Of a stretch of DNA of 64,000 nt, positions 39,167 through 45,659 are shown one piece after another. How positions within the stretch are numbered: the first letter of the stretch is position 1; every line of letters begins with the position of its first letter. Made by a program: the position numbers and the translations under genes. Origin of the DNA: a virus; the IMG/VR virus record IMGVR_UViG_3300009008_000005, positions 32,001 through 96,000 of that record. One strand, given 5' to 3'. The notes under the pieces are model-generated. The model saw only the letters and a program-made list of their open reading frames with translations. It was not told the DNA's origin and made no database searches.

Positions 39167-39708
39167 GAGAAACGGACGCAAGAGAGATCGGTATTCGTGC
39201 CCACTCGTCCCAGACCTATGGAGAGAAGCACCTCCCCTACTCCCTGCACCTCGATATGGTCGCAGGCGTCCTCGCCGAGTTCCTGGTCGACAGCGACGAG
39301 ATCGACCAGGTGGCATACCTCCACGACATCCTGGAGGACACAGAGTGGACGTCTGAAGACCTGAAGAAGCACGGCTTCTCCGAAGACGTGATCGGTGCGG
39401 TTGAGTTCTGCACGGATGCACCGGGGAAGAACAGGAAGGAGCGGAAGGCTGCGACCTACGAGCGCATGGCGGAGCAGCTGGGTGTGCTTCCCACGCAGAA
39501 GTACGTCAAGCTCGGGGCCCTCGTGAAGGTGGCGGACCGGATCGTGAACCTGCGTGCATGTCACATCTGGCCCAATGCCAGCATGCTCAAGATGTACATG
39601 CAAGAGGACGAGGCTTTCTCCGAAGCTCTCTGGGGGCACGACTGGAGCGGGGTCGTCCCCGATCGCATGTGGAATGCCTACAAGATGCTCGTGGACCCGG
39701 GAGGGTAG
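39163..39708 (+). CDS. HD-domain hydrolase, RelA/SpoT small alarmone hydrolase-like
   Basis: AH..Q..PY..H..V; AYLHDILEDT; VKVADRIVNL. Confidence 0.8.
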   Translation: MRETDAREIGIRAHSSQTYGEKHLPYSLHLDMVAGVLAEFLVDSDEIDQVAYLHDILEDTEWTSEDLKKHGFSEDVIGAVEFCTDAPGKNRKERKAATYERMAEQLGVLPTQKYVKLGALVKVADRIVNLRACHIWPNASMLKMYMQEDEAFSEALWGHDWSGVVPDRMWNAYKMLVDPGG

Positions 39709-39761
39709 GGAGTTGAGGTAGAAGAGTGCGGTGTGGCATCATGGTGGGCAAGGAGGCCATC

Positions 39762-39950
39762 ATGATGCTGCACATCGCCCTGGTCCTTGTATTCACTTTC
39801 ATTAGCCCGGACGATCCACCCCCACCAGACCTACAGATGCAGCACCAGATGCAGCAGCTGGATAATGCCCTACAGGATCTAAACACCTTCGACCTACCTA
39901 CGGACGCACCACATGCAGATCCACCTGGAGACCCTTATGACTCAGAATAA
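39762..39950 (+). CDS. Small secreted/membrane hypothetical protein
   Basis: AAGGAGG RBS; hydrophobic N-terminus. Confidence 0.5.
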   Translation: MMLHIALVLVFTFISPDDPPPPDLQMQHQMQQLDNALQDLNTFDLPTDAPHADPPGDPYDSE

Positions 39951-40461
39951 GAATGAGAAGACAGAGGAGAAGGGGACGATCACCCTTCGCCCTTCTGCAG
40001 TACGCACCTGGTTGCTGATGCTCGTAGGGGTAGCTGGTGTAGGGGGTGGTAGCATCGGTGTGCAACACCTCATCCCAGCACTCACACCGGATAAAGAGGT
40101 TGCGCAGACCCAGGTGAACTCTGCTGTCGAAACCTTGATGTCGAGTGTAGTGACCGCTGCGAAAGCTGACATCGAGAAGGACATGGATGAAAACCTCAAG
40201 GAACTGAAGAAAGACCTTAAGGAGTCCATCGCAGACAAACTGAACACCGTGTCTGTCGCCCTGAAAGCAATGGTGAAGCTGAACGAGGCCGAGATCCTAC
40301 GTGAGGCTCAGGGTGATGCTGCCCTGCGTAGAGAACTAGACGAAATGAATAAGCAAATCAGTATCTTACGTAGTGCTGTCCAATCCATCGAGGAAGAACT
40401 CGACGCTGGGATTGAAATGGCTCCGCTTGTATTTGAAGGTGAGACGTCAGGTCCCCCGTAG
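39937..40461 (+). CDS. Single-TM coiled-coil protein
   Basis: WLLMLVGVAGVGGGSIGV followed by a coiled coil. Confidence 0.65.
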   Translation: MTQNKNEKTEEKGTITLRPSAVRTWLLMLVGVAGVGGGSIGVQHLIPALTPDKEVAQTQVNSAVETLMSSVVTAAKADIEKDMDENLKELKKDLKESIADKLNTVSVALKAMVKLNEAEILREAQGDAALRRELDEMNKQISILRSAVQSIEEELDAGIEMAPLVFEGETSGPP

Positions 40462-40468
40462 GTAAAAG

Positions 40469-40557
40469 AGGAGTGGGGGGGATTCGAACCCCCGGGGGAC
40501 CTCACGGCCCCCACTGCCTTTCCAAGACAGCGCAATAAGCCTCTCTGCCACCACTCC
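40469..40557 (-). tRNA. trnS: tRNA-Ser(GGA)
   Basis: Long variable arm; loop TTGGAAA. Confidence 0.92.
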
Positions 40558-40579
40558 GTGGGCCCCGAAGGGCCCTGAA

Positions 40580-41119
40580 TCACGTCACCTTGATGAAGGG
40601 CTCCAGGTAGTCCTTCCAAAGCTCAGGCATGGACTCATCCCAACTCAAACCTGAAGCTACGAACCCTGGTAGGTTATCCGGCTTCTGGGGTCGCCTGACG
40701 AGATGCATCTTCGCCTCTGCGAGAGAAGCACCACCCTTCTTCTGGTTGCATCCATCGCAGCACGTAACGATATTCCCCCACGCCGTAGTTCCACCGGAAC
40801 ATCGAGGAATGACGTGGTCGACTGTCATGTCCCGCAACAGGATCTTTGTCTTGCAGTACTGACATCGACCCTTGTCCCGTAACCAGATATTCTTCCTGTT
40901 TAGACGTACGCCCCTCTTGAAGAAGAGGTTAGAATGCCTGTTGAACCTAACTACGGCTGGGGTCTTGTAGGTGCGGTCACTGTATGTGCGAATGATCTTG
41001 TCCGGGTCTTCGTACTCCTCCACTACAGAGGCCCTACCGGACAGCACCATAGTGATCGAATCGAACCAACCCACACAGCGGAGTGGAACATAACTACTGG
41101 ACAAGACTAAAGTTTCCAT
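40580..41119 (-). CDS. HNH endonuclease
   Basis: LVLSSSYVPL; RDKGRCQYC; TVDHVIPRCSGG..WGNIVTCCDGCNQKKG. Confidence 0.92.
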   Translation of the reverse strand: METLVLSSSYVPLRCVGWFDSITMVLSGRASVVEEYEDPDKIIRTYSDRTYKTPAVVRFNRHSNLFFKRGVRLNRKNIWLRDKGRCQYCKTKILLRDMTVDHVIPRCSGGTTAWGNIVTCCDGCNQKKGGASLAEAKMHLVRRPQKPDNLPGFVASGLSWDESMPELWKDYLEPFIKVT

Positions 41120-41134
41120 GACTACACCTCTCCT

Positions 41135-41158
41135 ACCTCCCTTAGTGTAACAGTTTTA
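41135..41158. repeat. 24-bp direct repeat, copy 2; reads as extended -10 (TGTTACACT) plus RBS-like GGGAGGT on the minus strand
   Basis: Directly upstream of the HNH gene. Confidence 0.8.
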
Positions 41159-41170
41159 GCCACCACGTAT

Positions 41171-41288
41171 TTCCTGCCCTCAACCCGACGATCCGCCGTG
41201 TGACGTCCCCAGGTTACTTAGGCCCTCCCCGCCGGGAGGGTACAACCCCAGCACCAACCGGCGTACACCCGGCGGTATTAGACAGGAA
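41171..41288 (-). ncRNA. Candidate structured ncRNA (rod-like)
   Basis: Closing stem TTCCTGTC/GGCAGGAA; internal CCGCCGGG/CCCGGCGG stem; no credible ORF. Confidence 0.45.
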
Positions 41289-41289
41289 T

Positions 41290-41383
41290 TGGAGGATAGG
41301 GAGGGATTCGAACCCTCGGAGGACATCGCTGCCCTCACCGCCTTAGCAGGACGGCGCAATAAGCCAGACTCTGCCACCTATCC
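41290..41383 (-). tRNA. trnS: tRNA-Ser(GCU)
   Basis: Long variable arm; loop CTGCTAA; CCA encoded. Confidence 0.95.
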
Positions 41384-41386
41384 AAG

Positions 41387-41460
41387 TAGGGTGAGTGGGA
41401 TTCGAACCCACGATCCTCGGATTAAAAGTCCGATGCCTTACCAGACTTGGCCACCACCCT
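41387..41460 (-). tRNA. trnK: tRNA-Lys(UUU)
   Basis: Cloverleaf; loop CTTTTAA. Confidence 0.95.
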
Positions 41461-41464
41461 GTAG

Positions 41465-41538
41465 AGCCGGGAAGGGGAATCGAACCCCTGACCTGCGGAT
41501 TACAAAACCACTGCTACTACCAACTGAGCTACCCCGGC
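41465..41538 (-). tRNA. trnT: tRNA-Thr(UGU)
   Basis: Cloverleaf; loop TTTGTAA. Confidence 0.92.
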
Positions 41539-41539
41539 A

Positions 41540-41631
41540 TGGAGGAGCAGGAGGGATTCGAACCCCCGGAAGATGCATGCACCTTCGGTGGCTTTCAAGG
41601 CCACTGCGATCAACCGCTCTGCCACTGCTCC
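41540..41631 (-). tRNA. trnS: tRNA-Ser(UGA)
   Basis: Long variable arm; loop CTTGAAA; CCA encoded. Confidence 0.95.
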
Positions 41632-41683
41632 GTAAGGTTCTCCCAGTAAGGTTCTACTATATAGGAAGAACCGGAACCATCAG

Positions 41684-41756
41684 AGCCCGAGGCGGGATTC
41701 GAACCCGCAACCCCCTGCTTACGACACAGGTGCACAGCCAGTTGTGCTTCTCGGGC
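41684..41756 (-). tRNA. trnT: tRNA-Thr(CGU)
   Basis: Cloverleaf; loop GTCGTAA. Confidence 0.88.
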
Positions 41757-41757
41757 A

Positions 41758-41832
41758 TGGGCCCTCAGGGATTCGAACCCTGGATCGACCGGTTATGAGC
41801 CGGTGGCTTTAACCAGACTAAGCTAAAGGCCC
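41758..41832 (-). tRNA. trnI: tRNA with CAU anticodon, Ile2 (lysidine) type
   Basis: Loop CTCATAA; GGGCC acceptor and TTAAAGC D-arm resemble Ile2; elongator Met not excluded. Confidence 0.8.
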
Positions 41833-41833
41833 T

Positions 41834-42562
41834 CTAGACTTCGAGTACCATATCATTCCTGAATCGCTCGTCAATGCGGTGCCTGTACCCTCTTGGGTTG
41901 CAGACCACCAGAGTGTCGTGAATCTCGTACTCTGCGTGGTCGTGCATGTGTCCATGGACCCAGACGTTCGGCTTCAACTCCCGGATCACGCCCTCCAGAG
42001 GTGTGAAATAGAAGGCGTTCATCTCGGAGAACTTGTACCAGGGCATGACGCTCTGCTCTGAAGGGGCGTGGTGTGTGATTACCACGTCACCCTGAGAGAC
42101 ATTCTGCTTCAGGAACTCGACCGCCTCCTTGTTCGCATCGAAGACCCAGGATGCGAAGCGCTCGATGAGGTGGAAGTCGGACATCCCCCGCTGGTTCACT
42201 GGTAGCTCTGCCTGATACGAGGGTGGGAACCATAAGGTCGTCCCGTGGAAAGTTGTACCTTCTAGAGTCACACTGGAATTCTGGAGCGGGTATATCTGGT
42301 CTCCCCACTTGTTCTTTAGCCACTCGAACTTCTCCGCTACAGCCTCCCTGGATGCATGATAGTGCTCGTGATTCCCGGCTACGAGTATGAGGCGATCCCA
42401 CTTCTTCAGGATCTCACGTATAGGGGCTCCCAGCTGGTAGCAGATGCTTAGGTCCCCGGCTGAGATGAGTGTAGGTGCGACCGGCACAATCTCGTTGAAC
42501 GCCTCCCTGCCGGGGGATTTGTAGAACTCGATATGGAGGTCGGATACAGGTTGTACTAACAT
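41834..42562 (-). CDS. Calcineurin-like metallophosphoesterase
   Basis: SDLHIE, AGDL, GNHEHY, ITHHAP, VHGHMH, CNPRGY motifs. Confidence 0.92.
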   Translation of the reverse strand: MLVQPVSDLHIEFYKSPGREAFNEIVPVAPTLISAGDLSICYQLGAPIREILKKWDRLILVAGNHEHYHASREAVAEKFEWLKNKWGDQIYPLQNSSVTLEGTTFHGTTLWFPPSYQAELPVNQRGMSDFHLIERFASWVFDANKEAVEFLKQNVSQGDVVITHHAPSEQSVMPWYKFSEMNAFYFTPLEGVIRELKPNVWVHGHMHDHAEYEIHDTLVVCNPRGYRHRIDERFRNDMVLEV

Positions 42563-42575
42563 GTGGCCTCCTTAG

Positions 42576-42648
42576 TAGGGTGGAGAGGACTCGAACCTCC
42601 AATCGCCGGATTAAGAGTCCGGTGCTGTTCCAGTTTAGCTACCACCCC
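42576..42648 (-). tRNA. trnK: tRNA-Lys(CUU)
   Basis: Cloverleaf; loop CTCTTAA. Confidence 0.95.
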
Positions 42649-42649
42649 A

Positions 42650-42741
42650 TGGAGGAGAGAAGGGGATTCGAACCCCTGGAGGACATCTCTGCCCTCAATG
42701 CCTTTCGAAGACACCGCAATAAACCACTCTGCCATCTCTCC
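42650..42741 (-). tRNA. trnS: tRNA-Ser(CGA)
   Basis: Long variable arm; loop TTCGAAA; CCA encoded. Confidence 0.93.
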
Positions 42742-42746
42742 ACTAG

Positions 42747-42819
42747 CAGGGGTACAGGGATTCGAACCCCGGACATCCGGCTCCAAAGGCCAGCGTTCTA
42801 CCAGCTGAACTATACCCCT
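42747..42819 (-). tRNA. trnQ: tRNA-Gln(UUG)
   Basis: Cloverleaf; loop CTTTGGA. Confidence 0.93.
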
Positions 42820-42833
42820 ATTTCGCCGAAATA
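42819..42833. repeat. Dispersed palindrome TATTTCGCCGAAATA between the two tRNA-Gln genes
   Basis: Read directly. Confidence 0.85.
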
Positions 42834-42837
42834 CTAG

Positions 42838-42908
42838 CTAGGGCGGTAGGACTCGAACCTACGATCCCGGGACCAGAACCCGGAGCCTTACCACTTGGCT
42901 ACGCCCCA
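42838..42908 (-). tRNA. trnQ: tRNA-Gln(CUG)
   Basis: Cloverleaf; loop TTCTGGT. Confidence 0.95.
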
Positions 42909-42914
42909 ATACAG

Positions 42915-42985
42915 AGCGGGTAGACGGACTCGAACCGACGTAACCAGCTTGGAAGGCTGGTGTCCTACCATTGGACGATACCCGC
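42915..42985 (-). tRNA. trnG: tRNA-Gly(UCC)
   Basis: Cloverleaf; loop CTTCCAA; U73. Confidence 0.95.
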
Positions 42986-42989
42986 ATAG

Positions 42990-43061
42990 TGACCCTGGGG
43001 GGAATCGAACCCCTCGTTACCGGGTTGAAAACCCGGCTTCCTACCATTGGAAGACAGGGCC
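42990..43061 (-). tRNA. trnE: tRNA-Glu(UUC)
   Basis: Cloverleaf; loop TTTTCAA. Confidence 0.95.
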
Positions 43062-43063
43062 GG

Positions 43064-43136
43064 AGAGCACGGTGGGCTACGATCCCACGATCTTCGGTTT
43101 TGCAGACCGACGTCTTACCAACTCGACCACGTGCTC
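43064..43136 (-). tRNA. trnC: tRNA-Cys(GCA)
   Basis: Loop CTGCAAA; U73; atypical T-loop ATCGTAG. Confidence 0.88.
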
Positions 43137-43140
43137 GCAG

Positions 43141-43212
43141 AGCCAGGACCGGGACTCGAACCCGGACTACCGCCATACCACAGCGGGGTACTACCATTGA
43201 TACGATCCCGGC
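43141..43212 (-). tRNA. trnT: tRNA-Thr(GGU)
   Basis: Stem CCGCT/GGCGG; loop GTGGTAT; G1-C72 and C2-G71 as in the other Thr genes. Confidence 0.82.
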
Positions 43213-43216
43213 GTAG

Positions 43217-43288
43217 AGCGGATGATGGGATTCGAACCCACAACGTCCTGCATGGCAAGCAGGGACTCTACCATTGAGCTACATCCGC
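43217..43288 (-). tRNA. trnG: tRNA-Gly(GCC)
   Basis: Cloverleaf; loop TTGCCAT. Confidence 0.95.
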
Positions 43289-43623
43289 TTATTCCACTCA
43301 TCCTCGAAGAAGTCTTCCACCCAGTCGTGGTAGTCCAACTTAGCCTCATCTTGCATGGTTTCATAGTAGGCTTCGGATCCTCTGCAGTAGGTGGAAGGAG
43401 TCTTCCTCTTTACTGACAGCCACTGCCATGCACCACAGTTCTGACACTGAGCTTCCTCTACATCCTTGGAGCCGATTACCTTCCCCTCCGAATTGTATTC
43501 GTACTTAGTGCCCCACTGATACTGTGGGAGATCCCCAGCCCCACAAAGGAGGCAGTTGTAATGGATTCCACGGGCCTCTACGGTTCCACCATGAACCGCC
43601 CAGCCGCCACCTTTAGTAGGCAT
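43279..43623 (-). CDS. Zn-ribbon hypothetical protein within the tRNA array
   Basis: AAAGGGGA RBS before ATG 43623; CLLC and CQNC motifs. Confidence 0.65.
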   Translation of the reverse strand: MPTKGGGWAVHGGTVEARGIHYNCLLCGAGDLPQYQWGTKYEYNSEGKVIGSKDVEEAQCQNCGAWQWLSVKRKTPSTYCRGSEAYYETMQDEAKLDYHDWVEDFFEDEWNKRM

Positions 43624-43657
43624 TAGGTCCCCCTTTAGAATACAGTAGCATATAGTA

Positions 43658-43732
43658 TGGTGGGGGTGGAGGGATTCGAACCCCCGTGTGTCGGCGTGTA
43701 AAACCGATGTCTTCCCACTTGACGACACCCCC
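43658..43732 (-). tRNA. trnV: tRNA-Val(UAC)
   Basis: Loop TTTACAC; CCA encoded. Confidence 0.93.
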
Positions 43733-43736
43733 ATAG

Positions 43737-43809
43737 TGGACCCTACCGGACTCGAACCGGTCACCTCCGCCGTGCAAAAGCGGCATTCTCCCAGATGAAC
43801 TAAGGGCCC
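43737..43809 (-). tRNA. trnA: tRNA-Ala(UGC)
   Basis: Loop TTTGCAC; G3:U70 pair. Confidence 0.95.
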
Positions 43810-43812
43810 ATA

Positions 43813-44100
43813 TTATTTTCTCTTCCTGCGCCGAGCCTCCCGCATCCTATCAGCGTTCGCCCTACGGCAGTCCTGGCATCTGCACCCATCACGACTGTAC
43901 CGACCATACTCGCCGTGAGCGTACTCTTTCTTCTTACGAGTAGTCCACCCAGCCAAAGCAGCATGTGACTCAGAACAGAAAAACCTCTCCTGGTCACGGG
44001 GACCGACATCGCAAAGGAGATGCAGAAAAAGGGTAACAAGGTTCGGAAGGGGGCAAGAAAGGGGGCAAGAGCGGAATCCTTTGTCAATACTCGTCCGCAT
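43813..44100 (-). CDS. Small Zn-binding protein with C-terminal HG..GRY..GCRCxxC motif
   Basis: C-terminal motif typical of phage HNH-associated proteins; start uncertain. Confidence 0.5.
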   Translation of the reverse strand: MRTSIDKGFRSCPLSCPLPNLVTLFLHLLCDVGPRDQERFFCSESHAALAGWTTRKKKEYAHGEYGRYSRDGCRCQDCRRANADRMREARRRKRK

Positions 44101-44117
44101 CCATTTGTGCTACATAG

Positions 44118-44193
44118 AGGAAGTGGTGGGATTTGAACCCACGACCTCAGGCTTCGGAGACCTGTGCTCTATTCCAAGCTGAGCTACACTTCC
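44118..44193 (-). tRNA. trnR: tRNA-Arg(CCG)
   Basis: Cloverleaf; loop CTCCGAA. Confidence 0.93.
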
Positions 44194-44195
44194 AA

Positions 44196-44274
44196 TGGTA
44201 GGAGTGGAGGGATTCGAACCCCCGACACCCGGCTCCGTAGACCGGTGCTCTGGTCCAGACTGAGCTACACTCCT
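44196..44274 (-). tRNA. trnR: tRNA-Arg(ACG)
   Basis: Loop CTACGGA; CCA encoded. Confidence 0.95.
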
Positions 44275-44312
44275 ATGCGGCGGGGTGCCTATCCAGACTA
44301 GACTACACCCTC
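44275..44312 (-). pseudogene. 5' half-tRNA fragment
   Basis: GAGGGTG-TA-GTCT-AGTCTGGAT-AGGC D-arm, then ends; no anticodon loop or T-arm. Confidence 0.7.
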
Positions 44313-44313
44313 G

Positions 44314-44391
44314 TGGTCGGAATGGCCGGATTCGAACCCACGATTTCCGCCTTGAGAGGGCGGCGTCCTAAGCCAGCTAGACTACAGGGCC
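44314..44391 (-). pseudogene. Chimeric tRNA: Glu(CUC) body fused at the T-loop to a foreign (Pro-like) 3' end
   Basis: 5' GGCCCTG cannot pair with 3' CATTCCG-ACCA; the mismatch begins right after TTCGAAT. Confidence 0.75.
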
Positions 44392-44395
44392 ATAG

Positions 44396-44468
44396 CACCC
44401 CCGACAGGACTCGAACCTGCATATCCCTGATTAGAAGTCAGGTGCCTGTCCAGTTAGACTACGGGGGT
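44396..44468 (-). tRNA. trnR: tRNA-Arg(UCU)
   Basis: Cloverleaf; loop CTTCTAA. Confidence 0.95.
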
Positions 44469-44469
44469 A

Positions 44470-44562
44470 TGGTGGGGAGAGAGGGATTCGAACCCCCAAT
44501 GTTCACTCATTAGAGAACGGATTTACAGTCCGTCGCAGAACCTCCATCTCTGCAGTCTCCCC
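44470..44562 (-). tRNA. trnY: tRNA-Tyr(GUA)
   Basis: Loop CTGTAAA; long variable region; CCA encoded. Confidence 0.9.
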
Positions 44563-44563
44563 T

Positions 44564-44641
44564 TGGTGCGCTAGGGAGGACTCGAACCTCCAACATCCGG
44601 CCTCTCAGACCGGCGACTCTACCAGATTGGCCTACTAGCGC
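44564..44641 (-). tRNA. trnL: tRNA-Leu(GAG), short variable loop
   Basis: Loop CTGAGAG; A73; 5-nt variable loop; CCA encoded. Confidence 0.88.
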
Positions 44642-44645
44642 ATGT

Positions 44646-44709
44646 GACATGGTGGTGGTGCTGGAGAACCCAGCTCCGGGAAATCCGAGGAAAAGGCCAC
44701 CACCATGTC
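44646..44709 (-). ncRNA. tRNA-like mini-RNA / 13-bp inverted repeat in a tRNA slot
   Basis: GACATGGTGGTGG/CCACCACCATGTC arms enclosing a GCTGG-GTTCT-CCAGC hairpin. Confidence 0.5.
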
Positions 44710-44712
44710 GAG

Positions 44713-44788
44713 TCCCCACGGAGGGATTCGAACCCCCAACATCTGGTTCCTGAAACCAGCGACTCTACCTAAGTTGGCCCACGTGGGG
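44713..44788 (-). tRNA. trnL: tRNA-Leu(CAG), short variable loop
   Basis: Loop TTCAGGA; A73; variable loop ATGTT. Confidence 0.88.
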
Positions 44789-44797
44789 AAAGAGCAG

Positions 44798-44871
44798 TAC
44801 CCGCAGTGGGACTCGAACCCACAACCTCTGGCTCCTAAAGCCAGCGCCTCTACCAGTTGGGCTACACGGGC
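44798..44871 (-). tRNA. trnL: tRNA-Leu(UAG), short variable loop
   Basis: Loop TTTAGGA; A73; variable loop AGGTT. Confidence 0.9.
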
Positions 44872-44875
44872 GTAG

Positions 44876-44949
44876 TACCTAGGGTGGGACTCGAACCCAC
44901 AACTTCCGGATTTTAAATCCGGCACCTCTACCAGTTGGGCTACCCAGGC
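44876..44949 (-). tRNA. trnL: tRNA-Leu(UAA), short variable loop
   Basis: Loop TTTAAAA; A73; variable loop AAGTT. Confidence 0.9.
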
Positions 44950-44953
44950 CTAG

Positions 44954-45028
44954 TAGCCACGGCGGGATTCGAACCCGCAACCTCTGGATTTTGAATCCAG
45001 CGCCTCTGCCGGATTGGGCTACGTGGCC
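44954..45028 (-). tRNA. trnL: tRNA-Leu(CAA), short variable loop
   Basis: Loop TTCAAAA; A73; variable loop AGGTT. Confidence 0.9.
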
Positions 45029-45029
45029 A

Positions 45030-45106
45030 TGGCAGGTGGACCGAGACTCGAACTCGGAATCGCCGGATTTGGAGTCCGGTGCCTTATCCAATTTGGCCAT
45101 CCACCC
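45030..45106 (-). tRNA. trnW: tRNA-Trp(CCA)
   Basis: Loop CTCCAAA; G73; CCA encoded. Confidence 0.95.
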
Positions 45107-45136
45107 TCATTCCATATCCTAGAATATGGAATTTCG

Positions 45137-45210
45137 CACCCCCGGCAGGATTCGAACCTGCGACTTACGGATTAGGAATCCGTCGCCCTATCCAGCTGGG
45201 CCACGGGGGT
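45137..45210 (-). tRNA. trnR: tRNA-Arg(CCU)
   Basis: Cloverleaf; loop TTCCTAA. Confidence 0.95.
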
Positions 45211-45246
45211 ATAGGGAACCTGATTGTCAAAGACCGACTTTCACAG

Positions 45247-45319
45247 CGGGCAAGGTGGGGCTCGAACCCACATACTTCCGGTTAACAGCCGGATGCTGAG
45301 CCTGTTCAGCTACTCACCC
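45247..45319 (-). tRNA. trnN: tRNA-Asn(GUU)
   Basis: Loop CTGTTAA; G73. Confidence 0.9.
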
Positions 45320-45323
45320 AAAG

Positions 45324-45404
45324 GGAAGTGGTCCGGCTTTGAACCGGAATCCCCGAGCTACCTTTCGGTGTTCGCCCGGTGCTCTAACCTTGAGCTACCA
45401 CTCC
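45324..45404 (-). ncRNA. tRNA-like RNA with anticodon loop replaced by a bulged stem capped by a GAAA tetraloop
   Basis: Normal acceptor, D- and T-arms; anticodon arm reads CCGGGC-GAAC-ACC-GAAA-GGT-A-GCTCGG. Confidence 0.75.
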
Positions 45405-45419
45405 ACATCCACTTCCCGG

Positions 45420-45492
45420 GGTGTGCGACGGGGATCGAACCCGCACCCTCCGGCACCACAAACCGGCGCTCTCCCACTTGAGCTTCGCACAC
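45420..45492 (-). tRNA. trnH: tRNA-His(GUG)
   Basis: Loop TTGTGGT; C73; base at -1 appears to be T. Confidence 0.9.
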
Positions 45493-45494
45493 AG

Positions 45495-45565
45495 CGAGGA
45501 TGACGGGACTCGAACCCGCTTTATCGGATAGACAGTCCGATGCCTTTCCTAATGGCTACATCCCC
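45495..45565 (-). tRNA. trnD: tRNA-Asp(GUC)
   Basis: Loop CTGTCTA (U37); G73. Confidence 0.9.
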
Positions 45566-45584
45566 AGAGGTCCTCAAAGAACAG

Positions 45585-45656
45585 TAGCGGGACCGGGATT
45601 TGAACCCGGATGTCCTGGGTTATGGGCCCAGTGAGTTACCAATACTCTACCCCGCT
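45585..45656 (-). tRNA. trnfM: Initiator-type tRNA-Met(CAU)
   Basis: Three consecutive G-C pairs closing the anticodon stem; loop CCCATAA; A1:U72. Confidence 0.85.
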
Positions 45657-45659
45657 ATA

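Noticed and set aside
41171-41288. Twister or hammerhead ribozyme
   Set aside because: TAATAC..GCC..GAGGG looks superficially twister-like, but the required loop and pseudoknot pairings could not be built; no CTGATGA/GAAA core.
43141-43212. Reading this tRNA as His(GUG)
   Set aside because: The stem register places GGT at 34-36, the acceptor matches the other Thr genes, and a proper His gene exists at 45420.
44048-44071. Short tandem repeat AAGGGGGCAAGA x2
   Set aside because: Only two short copies with no evident functional context.
45324-45404. Group I or archaeal BHB intron in a tRNA
   Set aside because: The insert is about 10 nt, too short for self-splicing, and lacks bulge-helix-bulge geometry.
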